Below, one piece after another: positions 27,063-37,515 of a stretch of 64,000 nt of DNA. A program made the position numbers and the translations under genes. Origin of the DNA: Gallionella sp. (lineage in GTDB: Bacteria > Pseudomonadota > Gammaproteobacteria > Burkholderiales > Gallionellaceae); assembly GCA_028710525.1 (NCBI GenBank), contig JAQTTY010000009.1, positions 53-64,052 of the forward strand. Reading direction: 5' to 3'. Numbering within the stretch: the first letter of the stretch is position 1; the number at the start of each line of letters is the position of its first letter. The notes below the pieces were generated by a model, which saw only the letters and a program-made list of their open reading frames with translations, made no database searches and was not told the origin of the DNA.

Positions 27063-27072
27063 ACTTGCTGTC

Positions 27073-27163
27073 TGGCGGAGAAGGGGGGATTCGAACCCCC
27101 GTTGGGATATTATCCCAAACACGCTTTCCAGGCGTGCGACTTAAACCACTCATCCACCTCTCC
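27073..27163 (-). tRNA. tRNA-Ser (anticodon GGA)
   Basis: The reverse complement reads GGAGAGGTGGATGAGTGGTTTAAGTCGCACGCCTGGAAAGCGTGTTTGGGATAATATCCCAACGGGGGTTCGAATCCCCCCTTCTCCGCCA. It has a 7-bp acceptor stem, anticodon loop CUGGAAA, a long variable arm, a GTTCGAATC T-loop and an encoded CCA. Confidence 0.9.
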
Positions 27164-27226
27164 GAAGGGCGCGCAGAATAAACTAGAACGTCTTTTCCCG
27201 CAATGGATTAAGCGCATATTTTGCGC

Positions 27227-27988
27227 TTAGAACTGGCTACGCCATTCCCGCAAGGCACTAAACACGGCTAATTCTCCTGTATCGACCATACCACGAGCTT
27301 TCAAAGTTTTGATGATCTCTGGCTGGTTACAGCGTAGGAAAGGGTTGGTGGCGCACTCTAGACCGATGTTGGAGGGTAAGGTGGGAAGATTGGCGGCACG
27401 TAGTTTTTGCGTATCTACGGCGCGTTGTTGCAGGGGGGTGTTGCTTGGCTCGCACACTAGCGCGAAGCGGATGTTGGCGGCAGTGTATTCGTGTGCACAG
27501 TACACCGGTGTGCTGGCGGGCAGGTGGCTCAGGCGCTGCAAAGAGTGATGCAGTTGCGCCAGCGTGCCTTCTTTGTTGCGGCCACAGCCTGCGCCGAACA
27601 GGATATCGCCGCAGAACAGCATGTCGGGGTGGTAGTAGCCGATGTGGTCATCGAGATGGCCGGGTAACTCCATGATGTCGAAGTGAAGTCCGAACTCGGA
27701 CAGTGTGCAACTTTGGCCTTCACGCAGGTCGTTTGTGATGTGCGGATTGTTGGGATGCCTGCGTCCATACACCGGCACGTTGTATACTTCGCGCAGTCTG
27801 GCGATGCCGCCGATATGGTCGTTGTGTCTATGGGTGCAGAGTATGGCGCTCAGACGCAGTCGGTGTTGTTCAAGGAAGGCTAATACCGGTGTCGCGTCAC
27901 CCGGATCGACCACGACCGCAAGTGTGCCGTTATGTATGGCCCAGATGTAGTTGTCGTTGAAGGCAGGGATGGCGGTTATGTTGTACAC
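27227..27988 (-). CDS. gloB: Hydroxyacylglutathione hydrolase (glyoxalase II)
   Basis: N-terminus ..IPAFNDNYIW and the metallo-beta-lactamase motif THRHNDHIGG. Confidence 0.9.
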   Translation of the reverse strand: MYNITAIPAFNDNYIWAIHNGTLAVVVDPGDATPVLAFLEQHRLRLSAILCTHRHNDHIGGIARLREVYNVPVYGRRHPNNPHITNDLREGQSCTLSEFGLHFDIMELPGHLDDHIGYYHPDMLFCGDILFGAGCGRNKEGTLAQLHHSLQRLSHLPASTPVYCAHEYTAANIRFALVCEPSNTPLQQRAVDTQKLRAANLPTLPSNIGLECATNPFLRCNQPEIIKTLKARGMVDTGELAVFSALREWRSQF

Positions 27989-28009
27989 GGTCTATATGAG
28001 AGTGATGCG

Positions 28010-28756
28010 ATGCCTGATTGTAGATTATCTGCGCGAACTTTGAACGAGTGGTTGTTAAGCCCGCAGGGCGATTATGTGCTGAGTCGTGAGCAAGCCTACT
28101 ACGATAAGAAGGTGGTGGACATCTTCGGATTCAATGCTTTGCAGCTGGGGATGAGCGAACATGCCTTCCTGCGCAACAGTCGTATGCCTTTGCGGATGTA
28201 TGGCGAAGAAGCGGTGACGGCGGATGTGCGCTTCTGTCACGACGAGTTGCCTTTCCCCTGTGAGAGCGTCGATCTGTTGCTGATGCCTCATGTATTGGAG
28301 TTTGCGGATAACCCGCACCAGATACTGCGTGAAGTAGAGCGTGTCTTGAGGCCGGAAGGAAATCTGCTGATCAGTGGTTTCAATCCTTATAGTTTGTGGG
28401 GGCTACGGCGCAAATTGAGTAGCAAACAAGGTTACCCTTGGTGTGGCGATTTTATCGCTTTGAGGCGTCTAAAAGATTGGCTGGCGTTATTGGGTTTAGT
28501 GGTGGTGGAGGAACGCTTTACCGCTTACACCCCCCCTTTCAATCGCGCTACGACACTGGCGCGTTGCCACTTTATGGAGGTGGCGGGTGACCATAGATGT
28601 GCAGGGAGTGGTGGCATATATTTTCTGCATGCTATCAAACGTGTGCCGGGTATGCGCTTGATACAACCCAAATGGAATAAAAAATTAGTGGGCAATCTGT
28701 TGCCAGTTGCCCCCAAGATGAACAATAACAAGTCACATAACGAGACCAGCGAGTAA
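28010..28756 (+). CDS. Class I SAM-dependent methyltransferase (YafS-like)
   Basis: Conserved gloB / methyltransferase / rnhA / dnaQ neighbourhood. The start was moved to the ATG at 28010 to avoid overlapping gloB. Confidence 0.65.
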   Translation: MPDCRLSARTLNEWLLSPQGDYVLSREQAYYDKKVVDIFGFNALQLGMSEHAFLRNSRMPLRMYGEEAVTADVRFCHDELPFPCESVDLLLMPHVLEFADNPHQILREVERVLRPEGNLLISGFNPYSLWGLRRKLSSKQGYPWCGDFIALRRLKDWLALLGLVVVEERFTAYTPPFNRATTLARCHFMEVAGDHRCAGSGGIYFLHAIKRVPGMRLIQPKWNKKLVGNLLPVAPKMNNNKSHNETSE

Positions 28757-29211
28757 TGAGTAAAACTGTAGTCGATATATATACCGATGGCGCATGCAAA
28801 GGTAATCCGGGCGTGGGCGGTTGGGGCGCTTTGCTGCGTAGCAAGGGTGTGGAACGCGAGCTGTTCGGCGGCGAACGCGAGACTACCAATAACCGTATGG
28901 AACTGATGGGGGCGATCTCCGCACTGGAGGCGCTAAAACGTCATTGTCAGGTACGTCTGCACACCGATTCAAAATACGTCATGCAAGGCATCACGGAATG
29001 GATAGGTAACTGGAAGAAGCGCGGCTGGAAGACTGCCGACAAGAAACCGGTGAAGAACGAAGACCTGTGGCGCAGGTTGGACGCCATCGTGGCCGAACAC
29101 GAGATCGAATGGATATGGGTAAAAGGGCATGCTGGGCATGAAGGCAACGAGCGCGCCGATGTGTTGGCGAACCGTGGCGTGGAGATGATATTGGAGCAAG
29201 CAGATGCGTAA
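28756..29211 (+). CDS. rnhA: Ribonuclease HI
   Basis: [25 protein letters not shown] and the C-terminal [11 protein letters not shown] motifs. Confidence 0.9.
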   Translation: MSKTVVDIYTDGACKGNPGVGGWGALLRSKGVERELFGGERETTNNRMELMGAISALEALKRHCQVRLHTDSKYVMQGITEWIGNWKKRGWKTADKKPVKNEDLWRRLDAIVAEHEIEWIWVKGHAGHEGNERADVLANRGVEMILEQADA

Positions 29212-29902
29212 GATCGTATTAGATACTGAGACCACGGGGCTGTATCCCGAACAAGGACACCGCATCATCGAGATCGCCGCTATTGAATTGGATGGGCGTC
29301 GTGTCACACAGAAACATTTCCATCACTATCTAGATCCTGAGCGCGAAGTAGACGAAGGCGCAGCGCGTGTGCATGGTTTCACTTGGGACATGCTGCGTGG
29401 TCGCGCCAAGTTCGCTGATGTCGCGGCCAGTTTTCTCGAGTTCGTGGATGGTGCCGAACTCATCATCCACAACGCGCCCTTCGATATGGGCTTCCTCAAT
29501 CACGAGTTGAATCTGATGGGGCTGCCGCCTTTGCAGAACGAGGTGCTGGATACCTTGAAGTTTGCGCGCGAGATGCATCCGGGCAAGAAGAACAGTCTGG
29601 ACGCGCTGTGTAGTCGCTACGAGATAGACAACACCCACCGTACTTTGCACGGTGCGCTGCTGGATACCGAGCTATTGGCGGAAGTTTATTTCGCCATGAC
29701 GCGTGGGCAGAAGAGCTTGCTGGGCGATGACGACGCACCTGTGCAGCGCACACCGGCAGTATTAGCTTTGGATGGTGCGCGTCCAGTCGTGCGCGTATTA
29801 CAAGCCAGTGCAGAGGAATTGGCTTTACATGAACAGCAACTGGCCGACATCGATAAAGCTAGCAAAGGCGGCTGTGTCTGGAAGGCTTTGGAGCAAGTAT
29901 GA
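29204..29902 (+). CDS. dnaQ: DNA polymerase III epsilon subunit (3'-5' proofreading exonuclease)
   Basis: Exo motifs [18 protein letters not shown] and [14 protein letters not shown]. Confidence 0.9.
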   Translation: MRKIVLDTETTGLYPEQGHRIIEIAAIELDGRRVTQKHFHHYLDPEREVDEGAARVHGFTWDMLRGRAKFADVAASFLEFVDGAELIIHNAPFDMGFLNHELNLMGLPPLQNEVLDTLKFAREMHPGKKNSLDALCSRYEIDNTHRTLHGALLDTELLAEVYFAMTRGQKSLLGDDDAPVQRTPAVLALDGARPVVRVLQASAEELALHEQQLADIDKASKGGCVWKALEQV

Positions 29903-30903
29903 AAATCGCTGTATGCAGCACCCAAGCCCACGATAGACGTTTCCTGACTGAGGCCAATGTAGGCGCAGGACACGAACTGACCTTCTTCGATTCCCATCTG
30001 AACGAGGAGACTCGCCATATCGTGGCGGGTTTTCCGGCGGTATGTGTATTCGTCAATGACACCTTGAACGCAACAGTATTGGGCAGTCTGGCAGAGCAGG
30101 GCACGCGACTAATCGCCTTGCGCTGCGCTGGTTTCAACAATGTGGATGTGGCCGCGGCCAGTGAGCTGGGGTTGCGCGTGGTCAGGGTGCCGGCTTATTC
30201 GCCGCATTCGGTGGCCGAGCACAGTGTTGCGTTGATGATGGGATTGAATCGTCGCCTGCCGCGTGCCTATAACCGTGTGCGGGACGGTAACTTCTCGCTG
30301 GATGGGTTATTGGGCTTCGAATTACGCGGTAAGACCGTGGGCATTATAGGCACGGGCCGCATCGGTATCGCGCTGGCCGAAATATTACGCGGCTTCGGCT
30401 GTCGCCTTATCGCGTATGATCCGTTCCCCAATGCGGAGTGCAAGGCTTTGGGTGTGGACTATGTGAGCTTGGCCGAACTATATGCGGCCAGCGATATCAT
30501 TAGTCTGCATGCGCCACTGAGCCAAGCTACGCTACATCTCATCGATGCCGCAGCCTTGGCGCAGATGAAGGATGGCGTGATGCTGATCAATACCAGCCGT
30601 GGTGCGGTGATCGACACGGCGGCAGTAATTGATGGCATGAAGTCAGGTAAGGTGGGCTACCTAGGGTTGGACGTCTACGAGCAAGAGGGCGATCTGTTCT
30701 TTCAAGATCTCTCCAATCAAGTCATACAAGACGATATGTTCGAGCGGCTGCTGACCTTCCCCAATGTGCTTATCACCGGCCACCAAGGATTTTTCACGCA
30801 TGAAGCGCTGTCGAGTATCGCGCAGACCACCCTACAAAATATCAGCCTGTTCGAGCAGAGCGGGCAATGTCAAAACGAAGTTACTACGGAATTATTAAGA
30901 TGA
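29899..30903 (+). CDS. ldhA: D-lactate dehydrogenase / D-isomer-specific 2-hydroxyacid dehydrogenase
   Basis: NAD-binding motif GIIGTGRIGIALA. 334 aa with overall LdhA-like layout. Confidence 0.75.
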   Translation: MKIAVCSTQAHDRRFLTEANVGAGHELTFFDSHLNEETRHIVAGFPAVCVFVNDTLNATVLGSLAEQGTRLIALRCAGFNNVDVAAASELGLRVVRVPAYSPHSVAEHSVALMMGLNRRLPRAYNRVRDGNFSLDGLLGFELRGKTVGIIGTGRIGIALAEILRGFGCRLIAYDPFPNAECKALGVDYVSLAELYAASDIISLHAPLSQATLHLIDAAALAQMKDGVMLINTSRGAVIDTAAVIDGMKSGKVGYLGLDVYEQEGDLFFQDLSNQVIQDDMFERLLTFPNVLITGHQGFFTHEALSSIAQTTLQNISLFEQSGQCQNEVTTELLR

Positions 30904-32114
30904 AAGCAGATGTAATTATTATCGGTTCGGGTGCAGCAGGCCTGATGTGCGCCATGCAAGCAGGTCTACGCGGACGCTCTGTGGTGTTGCTCGACCACTC
31001 CAAAAAATTGGCGGAGAAGATCCGCATCTCTGGCGGCGGGCGCTGTAACTTCACCAATATCAACACCAAACCGGAAAACTTTATTTCCGAGAATCCAAGT
31101 TTTTGCCGTTCCGCTTTGGCGCGTTACACGCCGCAGGATTTCATCGCACTACTGTACAAGCACAACATCGCTTTCCACGAAAAGACTTTAGGGCAATTAT
31201 TCTGCGACGAAGAGTCCGAAGCCATCATCGCCATGTTGCGCAAAGAATGCGACGACGCAGGCGTGAAGCGCTTTATGAACTGCGAAGTCGAAAAGATCAA
31301 ACACACGCCTTATGAGGGTGACCCGGGCGCGGGGAAGAAGGCCAAGTTCTATGTCGAGACCTCACGCGGCGAATTCGAAGCGGTGTCTTTGGTGATTGCC
31401 ACGGGTGGTCTGTCTATCCCTAAGACTGGTGCGACGCCTTATGGTTACCATGTTGCTGAGCAGTTCGGCGTGCCTATCACCAAACTCAAGCCCGGTCTGG
31501 TGCCGCTGAGTTTTGCGCCGGATGATTGGAAGCCTTACTCAGAATTAACCGGTATCGCCTTCGACGCCATCGTCAGCACCGGCAAGCAGTCCTTCCGCGA
31601 AAACGTGCTGGTCACACATCGTGGCCTGAGCGGCCCAGCTATCTTGCAAGCTTCCTCTTACTGGCAACATGGCACGCCGCTGCATATCAACATGTTGCCG
31701 GATGTGGATATGGCTGAGCTACTCATAGAACAGAAGTCCAGCAAAAAGCAACTCGCCAACTTCCTTACCCAGTGGTTTGCTAAGAGCTTCGCCGATGTAT
31801 GGTGCGAGCAGTTCACTGCGCGTACCAAGATTGCCAACTTGCCGCTCAATCAATACAACGACAAGCAGCGCAAACAGATCGCCGAAGAATTGCATGATTG
31901 GCAGATCACCCCCTCCGGCACCCTGGGTTATGCCAAGGCCGAGGTCACTTGTGGCGGGATAGACACGCGCGCGTTGTCTTCCAAGACCATGGAGTGTAAC
32001 GAGGTGCCTGGGCTGTATTTCATCGGTGAAGTGGTCGACGTGACTGGCTGGCTGGGCGGTTACAACTTTCAATGGGCTTGGGCTTCAGGCTATGCGGCAG
32101 GGCAAGCGGTCTAA
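30900..32114 (+). CDS. NAD(P)/FAD-dependent oxidoreductase, HI0933/YhiN (BaiN-like) family
   Basis: N-terminal DVIIIGSGAAGLMCA dinucleotide fold and the GGGRCNFTN motif. ATG at 30900 overlaps the ldhA stop. Confidence 0.75.
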   Translation: MKADVIIIGSGAAGLMCAMQAGLRGRSVVLLDHSKKLAEKIRISGGGRCNFTNINTKPENFISENPSFCRSALARYTPQDFIALLYKHNIAFHEKTLGQLFCDEESEAIIAMLRKECDDAGVKRFMNCEVEKIKHTPYEGDPGAGKKAKFYVETSRGEFEAVSLVIATGGLSIPKTGATPYGYHVAEQFGVPITKLKPGLVPLSFAPDDWKPYSELTGIAFDAIVSTGKQSFRENVLVTHRGLSGPAILQASSYWQHGTPLHINMLPDVDMAELLIEQKSSKKQLANFLTQWFAKSFADVWCEQFTARTKIANLPLNQYNDKQRKQIAEELHDWQITPSGTLGYAKAEVTCGGIDTRALSSKTMECNEVPGLYFIGEVVDVTGWLGGYNFQWAWASGYAAGQAV

Positions 32115-32141
32115 ATAAACTGCTGGGTGTGATTATGAATG

Positions 32142-34367
32142 CTAGTGCAAGACCTCAGTTTTACGCAGCCACTTGTATAACTTCGCCTTAAGTGCTGGAA
32201 GCTCGGTGGGCTTGATCAGCAAGCCATCGATCTTGGCTGTTCTGCAACGTTCAGCCTCCTCAGTTAAGACATTAGCTGTCCAAGCGATGATGGGGGTAGG
32301 TGGTTTTCCTGTAGCTTGTTCGATTGCTCGTATTTCCATGCACAATTCATAGCCATTCATCACTGGCATATGACAATCCGTAATGACCATATCGAAGTGG
32401 CGTGCTTTAAATAGTGCAAGCGCCTGAGCACCATCATTAGCCGTTTCCACTTGTAGTCCCAGCATCAATATTTGCTTTTTCAACAGCATACGATTGATAG
32501 GATGGTCATCAACTATAAGGACGGTGACCACCTTACCCTCGGTATCGATGGGGGTGACATCGAGGTTATATTCTGAACTTACATCGACTTGATGATGCGG
32601 AATAGCAGATGTTTTCGGTGGTGACGCGACTGGCAGATCAATGGTTAAAGAGAAGGTCGATCCCAAGCCTATCTGACTTTCTATCTTCAGCGTGCCATTC
32701 ATCAGCTCAGCCAGCCTTAGACTGATTGCCAAACCGAGTCCTGTGCCGCCATACATGCGCGCTGTTTCAGAGGTCGCTTGCTCATATTGATGGAATAGTC
32801 GTCTCTGCTGCTCTTGATCGATACCACAACCGGTGTCTTTGATGCTGAAGCGTACGGTTTCGACACCATCGTGGGAAGAAAGTAGGTCGACCACGATAGA
32901 GATGCCACCACGCTCGGTGAATTTGATTGCGTTACTGGTGAGGTTGTTCAGTATCTGCGATATGCGCATCATATCGAACACATGCGAAGCACTTAAATTG
33001 GAATCTATGCGATGTTCGAAATGTAATTTCTTGCTGTGAGCCAAATGCTGATAGTCACTTGTGGTCACATTGATCAACTCGGCGATAGAGGCGGAGATAG
33101 GGGATATGGTCAATTTTCCCGCTTCTATCTTGGACCAATCGAGGATGTCATTTACGATACGCAACAAGTTATTACCTGATAGCTGAGCGATATGGAGTGT
33201 ATGAGTCTGTTCAGGATTCAGGTCGGACAATGCCAGCAATTCCATCATGCCCAACATACCACCCAACGGCGTGCGTATCTCATGGCTCATTGTGGCTAAG
33301 AAATTGTCTTTAGCATGGTTGGCCAACTGTAATTGGGCGGTGCGCTCTTCGACACGCTGGGCTAGTTTCGAGCGTTCTTCGTCGATTTGGATATTGGCAG
33401 ACTTCAGTTCGGCAGCGATGCTGCGCAGTTGTTTCAGAGTCTTCTTCTGTATGGTGCTGTCCGATAAGGCGATTATATGGTTGGTGACTATCCCATCTTC
33501 ATTTTTGATTACGGTGATGGTGAGCAGATCAAAAGCGATGTTTCCGTCCTTGCGGCGATAGGATATCTCCCCCTCCCAGCGCCCTGTATTTTGCACGCTA
33601 GTCCATAGTTCAGCGTAGAAATCGGGGTTTTGTAAGGTCGATGTAAGAATATCAGGGGGTTTGCCGTTCAATTCTGCACTGCTATAACCAGTGATGCGGG
33701 TATAGGCATTGTTAACCTGTAATACGAGGTTGTTTTCATCCGTGATGACGAAACCCTCGTTTGATTCAAAAGCGGTGGCAGCAATGCGCAAGGCGCGCTC
33801 TGCTTGCTTGAGTTGTGTCACATCTATCAGTGTGACGCGCAGCATCGGTAGCTCATTGAAAGAGTTCACACGCACGCCATTGAGTTGTACGTCCAATATC
33901 TTCACGACTTGGCCTGCTGTGGAGAAGACAGCCGATCTCTCCGACCCTGACTTGTCATTGCGTGCCGACTGGAAGAAATGATACCAACGATCTTGGTCAT
34001 GCTCCGCGAGCAATAAAGCCAAGTTGCAACCAATGAGCCTGTGTCTGTCCTTCGCTAACATCACCGCTGCAGGCATATTGACTTGGGTGATCTCGCCATT
34101 CTGGTCTAGGGTGAGGTATCCAACTGGCGCATACTCGTACAAATCCATGTAGCGGTCGCGTGACAACTCCAAAGCTGCTTGTGTTTGCAGCAACTCTTCG
34201 TTCTGCATCTCTAGTTCAATCTGGTGTACCTGCAGCTCATGCAATAGTTTATGCAAATCAGCTTCGGCAGCCTTTGTGATGCACAACGAATCGGACCGTA
34301 GCAGTTTGGCTTCTGCTGCAGCACGTAATTGACGGGAAGAATCCGGAGTGTCCATGATTAGGGTCAT
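32142..34367 (-). CDS. Hybrid sensor histidine kinase/response regulator with PAS domains
   Basis: H-box MSHEIRTPL, G-boxes DTGCGI and GGTGLGLAIS, and a C-terminal receiver (LIVDDHPINR .. DCHMPVMNG). Confidence 0.85.
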   Translation of the reverse strand: MTLIMDTPDSSRQLRAAAEAKLLRSDSLCITKAAEADLHKLLHELQVHQIELEMQNEELLQTQAALELSRDRYMDLYEYAPVGYLTLDQNGEITQVNMPAAVMLAKDRHRLIGCNLALLLAEHDQDRWYHFFQSARNDKSGSERSAVFSTAGQVVKILDVQLNGVRVNSFNELPMLRVTLIDVTQLKQAERALRIAATAFESNEGFVITDENNLVLQVNNAYTRITGYSSAELNGKPPDILTSTLQNPDFYAELWTSVQNTGRWEGEISYRRKDGNIAFDLLTITVIKNEDGIVTNHIIALSDSTIQKKTLKQLRSIAAELKSANIQIDEERSKLAQRVEERTAQLQLANHAKDNFLATMSHEIRTPLGGMLGMMELLALSDLNPEQTHTLHIAQLSGNNLLRIVNDILDWSKIEAGKLTISPISASIAELINVTTSDYQHLAHSKKLHFEHRIDSNLSASHVFDMMRISQILNNLTSNAIKFTERGGISIVVDLLSSHDGVETVRFSIKDTGCGIDQEQQRRLFHQYEQATSETARMYGGTGLGLAISLRLAELMNGTLKIESQIGLGSTFSLTIDLPVASPPKTSAIPHHQVDVSSEYNLDVTPIDTEGKVVTVLIVDDHPINRMLLKKQILMLGLQVETANDGAQALALFKARHFDMVITDCHMPVMNGYELCMEIRAIEQATGKPPTPIIAWTANVLTEEAERCRTAKIDGLLIKPTELPALKAKLYKWLRKTEVLH

Positions 34368-37033
34368 TCCTTCGCTAACGTTCTAAGTCTACTCTCTAAA
34401 TGTTTGGCAATGGTGATGTCATTAAAGGTAATTACGACCCCATGAATCATGTTTTCTAAGGTACGGTAGGGCATGATTTTGACTTGAAACCAGCGATCTT
34501 CGTGTGTGGAGACTTCTTTCTCCGAGTAGGCCAATGTGCGCAGTACCTCATTCAGGTCATTCAATAGCTCAGGATAGTTCAGCTCGCTTACGATGTCAGA
34601 CAAGGGTCTGCCGATATCGCCGGGGATGAGCTTGAATAGCCGTGTCGCATGTTTGGTGAAACGGCGCAAATGAAGATCGTTATCGAGGAAGATGGTGGCG
34701 ATATCCGTGCTATCTAGCAGGTTTTTCATATCGTTGCTGGCCGCGGACAACTCATCCACTTTGGATTGCAGCTCAGCATTCACTGTCTGCAACTCTTCGT
34801 TCAGGGACTGCATCTCTTCCTTGGAGGTGGTTAATTCCTCATTGCTGGATTGCAATTCCTCGTTGGTCGATTGCAATTCCTCGTTGGTCGATCTGAGCTC
34901 CTCTTGAGAGGTCTGCATCTCCTCTCGTACCGCTTTCAATTCCTGTTGGGCCCGTATCAATGAGGTCTTTTCAGGATTGTGTTTCATGTCGGGAGATTTT
35001 GTAGGGACATGGACGGTATCGACATCGACAAATACGATCAATGCCATACCGTTAAGCTCAAGGGGCTCTTGGATAGGGTGTACGGTCATCGTCACAGCCT
35101 GTTGGCTGCCATGTTCAGTAAGGAATAAGTTCCTGCAAATGACATCTTCATTGTCGCGCAGTGCCTTGGGTAAGGCGATGGCCAACTCATCTCTTAAGCC
35201 ATCTTTTGCCATCGCATGGATGTTCCAATTTACCTTGCCTGAGGGCGGTTCCAGATATCTGCCGGTTTTGCCGTTGATGTATACGAGGTCGCCCGAGGCA
35301 CTAACCAAAACCGCTGCGGGGGAGAATTGTCTTTGCACGAGCTGATCAGCAAGGTTTTGCAAATCGGGTGTCTGCGGCGTGGTCTCTTTGTGCATAGTAT
35401 TTGTCTTAGTAAGCGGGTAGCGGGTGGGGAATTCCACATTTAGTCGTTGCTGGGGTCGTTCATTACGCCTGTATATGCGCGCCTTGCTATCTATAGGCGA
35501 GAATAGCTCGGTGTAGTTTCCTATGGTCTCCGCACTGCCCAACATAAGGGTCGCACCAGGACGGAGGCTATAGTGGAATAAAGGTATCAGCCGCTTTTGC
35601 AAATCTGCATCAAGATAGATCAAAAGATTGCGACAGCACAGCAAGTCCAATTTGGTGAAGGGGGGATCCATGATTATATTTTGGGTCGCAAACACCACCA
35701 TCTCACGTATCGCCTTAGTGATCTGATAACCCTGCTCCTGCTTGTTAAAGTACCGTATCAGATGCGCATCGGAGACATCTGCCGTGATATTGGCAGGGTA
35801 CACACCTTGTCGCGCCTTTTCGATGGCGTCAGGATCCAAATCGGTCGCGAATATCTGCAAGGTATATTTTTCCGGCCGCAGTTTCATCTGCATCAGCACT
35901 TCGGAAAACACCATCGCTAGGGTATACGCTTCCTCGCCGGTTGAGCACCCAGCCACCCAAGCCCGTAGGTTGACACCTTCCGTATGAGCTGTGAGCAACT
36001 TAGGCAAGACTTGTGCTTGTAAATATACCCAAGTAGGCGGATCGCGGAAGAATTGCGTGACCCCTATCAATAGTTCTTTGAAGAGCAGATCGATCTCCTG
36101 ATCGTTCTTTTGCAGGAAATGCATATAATCAGAGATGCGAGCGATGTGATGGATTGCCAAGCGGCGTTCGATACGCCGAAACACAGTACTCTTTTTATAG
36201 TGTGAAAAATCCTGCTTGGTGCGTGCCCGTATCAAGATGCAAATCTTGTCGAAGCTACTTTGTTGTGACTCACTCAATCTATGCTGAGAGTCATCCTTCG
36301 TCCATAGATGACGGTCATGATTCAAACATTCTAAGATGCGTTGCGGCAGTAGTTCGGCTGGGGCGACGATGTCGACCATGCCAGTATCGATGGCATGACG
36401 CGGCATGCTGTCGAATTTGGAGGTCAGTGGGTCTTGCACGACGACCAGACCGCAGTTCTCCTTAATCGCAAGTATACCCAGTGTGCCATCCGAACCCATG
36501 CCGGAAAGGATGACCGCGACAGCTTGATGCCGCATGTCGAGCGCCAAGCTACGCAGGAAAAAATCGATAGGTAAACGCAAACCTCGCGGAGCGACAGGGG
36601 AGAGTAGATGTAACTTGTCTTGCAGGATGGAGATGTCCCGGTTCGGAGGTATGACGTATACGTGGTCAGGCTGGATTTTTTTGCTGTCGACTATTTGGGA
36701 GACGGGCATAGGAGTGACCCGTTGTAACAACTCCGACAATAAGGCTTTGTGATCGGGATCCAGATGCTGGATGACGATGTATGCCATGCCACTTTTGCTC
36801 GGTACATTATTCAAGAACGATTCTATCGCCTCCAATCCACCTGCAGAAGCTCCGATAGCGACTATAGGAAAGGATATATAGGTTTTAGGTTCGGGAATTA
36901 AAGTAGGATCGACTGTGTCGTGTGTAGACCCATCAAGTACATGCTCAGGCGGTGCTTTTTTGGTCAATATCTCTCCTTTATAGGGCAGGTTGCCATTAGG
37001 CATTAAGTCCGGATTATGGACTTTATGCGGCAT
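34364..37033 (-). CDS. CheB methylesterase / CheR methyltransferase fusion protein with a coiled coil and PAS domain
   Basis: CheB-like GASAGG.., CheR SAM motif AGCSTGEEAY, the family-typical EELQSTNEELQSSNEEL coiled coil and a C-terminal PAS. Stop overlaps the kinase start (4 nt). Confidence 0.8.
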   Translation of the reverse strand: MPHKVHNPDLMPNGNLPYKGEILTKKAPPEHVLDGSTHDTVDPTLIPEPKTYISFPIVAIGASAGGLEAIESFLNNVPSKSGMAYIVIQHLDPDHKALLSELLQRVTPMPVSQIVDSKKIQPDHVYVIPPNRDISILQDKLHLLSPVAPRGLRLPIDFFLRSLALDMRHQAVAVILSGMGSDGTLGILAIKENCGLVVVQDPLTSKFDSMPRHAIDTGMVDIVAPAELLPQRILECLNHDRHLWTKDDSQHRLSESQQSSFDKICILIRARTKQDFSHYKKSTVFRRIERRLAIHHIARISDYMHFLQKNDQEIDLLFKELLIGVTQFFRDPPTWVYLQAQVLPKLLTAHTEGVNLRAWVAGCSTGEEAYTLAMVFSEVLMQMKLRPEKYTLQIFATDLDPDAIEKARQGVYPANITADVSDAHLIRYFNKQEQGYQITKAIREMVVFATQNIIMDPPFTKLDLLCCRNLLIYLDADLQKRLIPLFHYSLRPGATLMLGSAETIGNYTELFSPIDSKARIYRRNERPQQRLNVEFPTRYPLTKTNTMHKETTPQTPDLQNLADQLVQRQFSPAAVLVSASGDLVYINGKTGRYLEPPSGKVNWNIHAMAKDGLRDELAIALPKALRDNEDVICRNLFLTEHGSQQAVTMTVHPIQEPLELNGMALIVFVDVDTVHVPTKSPDMKHNPEKTSLIRAQQELKAVREEMQTSQEELRSTNEELQSTNEELQSSNEELTTSKEEMQSLNEELQTVNAELQSKVDELSAASNDMKNLLDSTDIATIFLDNDLHLRRFTKHATRLFKLIPGDIGRPLSDIVSELNYPELLNDLNEVLRTLAYSEKEVSTHEDRWFQVKIMPYRTLENMIHGVVITFNDITIAKHLESRLRTLAKE

Positions 37034-37201
37034 TCTTAAAAGCCTGCTCTATTTGCAGAAGACATGCCCGCTTGATTGGAATGCAAACTAATCAGAATTT
37101 GCCATGAGCGACAGCGGTCATACAAGATGCAGACGGTATAATCACAAGCGTAGCAAAACTACTGCTCCGTCACCGACATACAGTCATCCTAGGGTACATA
37201 T

Positions 37202-37408
37202 ATGGCAGAAGAACGATTTGTAATCATAGAGACGAAACTCGCCTATCAGGAAGACATGATAGAGGAACTGAATAAGGTCATCTATCAGCAACAGCAGAAG
37301 CTCAATCAACTGGAATCCATCTGTACCTCGCTGGTCCAAAACCTCCAGTCACTAGCTGCGGCGGGCGGCGAGGGTAGGATGGTGAACGAGCGACCTCCGC
37401 ACTACTAA
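37202..37408 (+). CDS. slyX: SlyX family protein
   Basis: 68-aa coiled-coil protein with the IETKLAYQEDMIEELN pattern typical of SlyX. Confidence 0.75.
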   Translation: MAEERFVIIETKLAYQEDMIEELNKVIYQQQQKLNQLESICTSLVQNLQSLAAAGGEGRMVNERPPHY

Positions 37409-37515
37409 ACCTATTGATGTCTCGGCAAGGCTAATTCAGCCTTGCTGACCTCCGTCAATATCGCACTCGCGTTAAAATGTACGCCTGAACTTGCCCAGCT
37501 ACCTCTTTCCTGACT

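Noticed and set aside
27073-27120. tRNA-Ser 3' end as attB with a direct repeat at the distal island border
   Set aside because: By eye I found no copy of the tRNA 3' segment near 5707-5846, 7035-7252 or 22663-23141, and the tRNA retains its own terminator. The idea is not excluded, but I cannot support it without a computed repeat search.
27932-28009. Upstream ATG start for the methyltransferase overlapping gloB by 57 nt
   Set aside because: The extension is translated from the divergent gloB 5' region, and the ATG at 28010 gives a family-typical N-terminus.
34800-34900. 21-bp tandem repeats (GATTGCAATTCCTCGTTGGTC twice) in the CheB/CheR fusion gene as a novel repeat
   Set aside because: They encode the heptad-like EELQSTNEELQS coiled coil that is characteristic of this protein family, so this is an expected feature.
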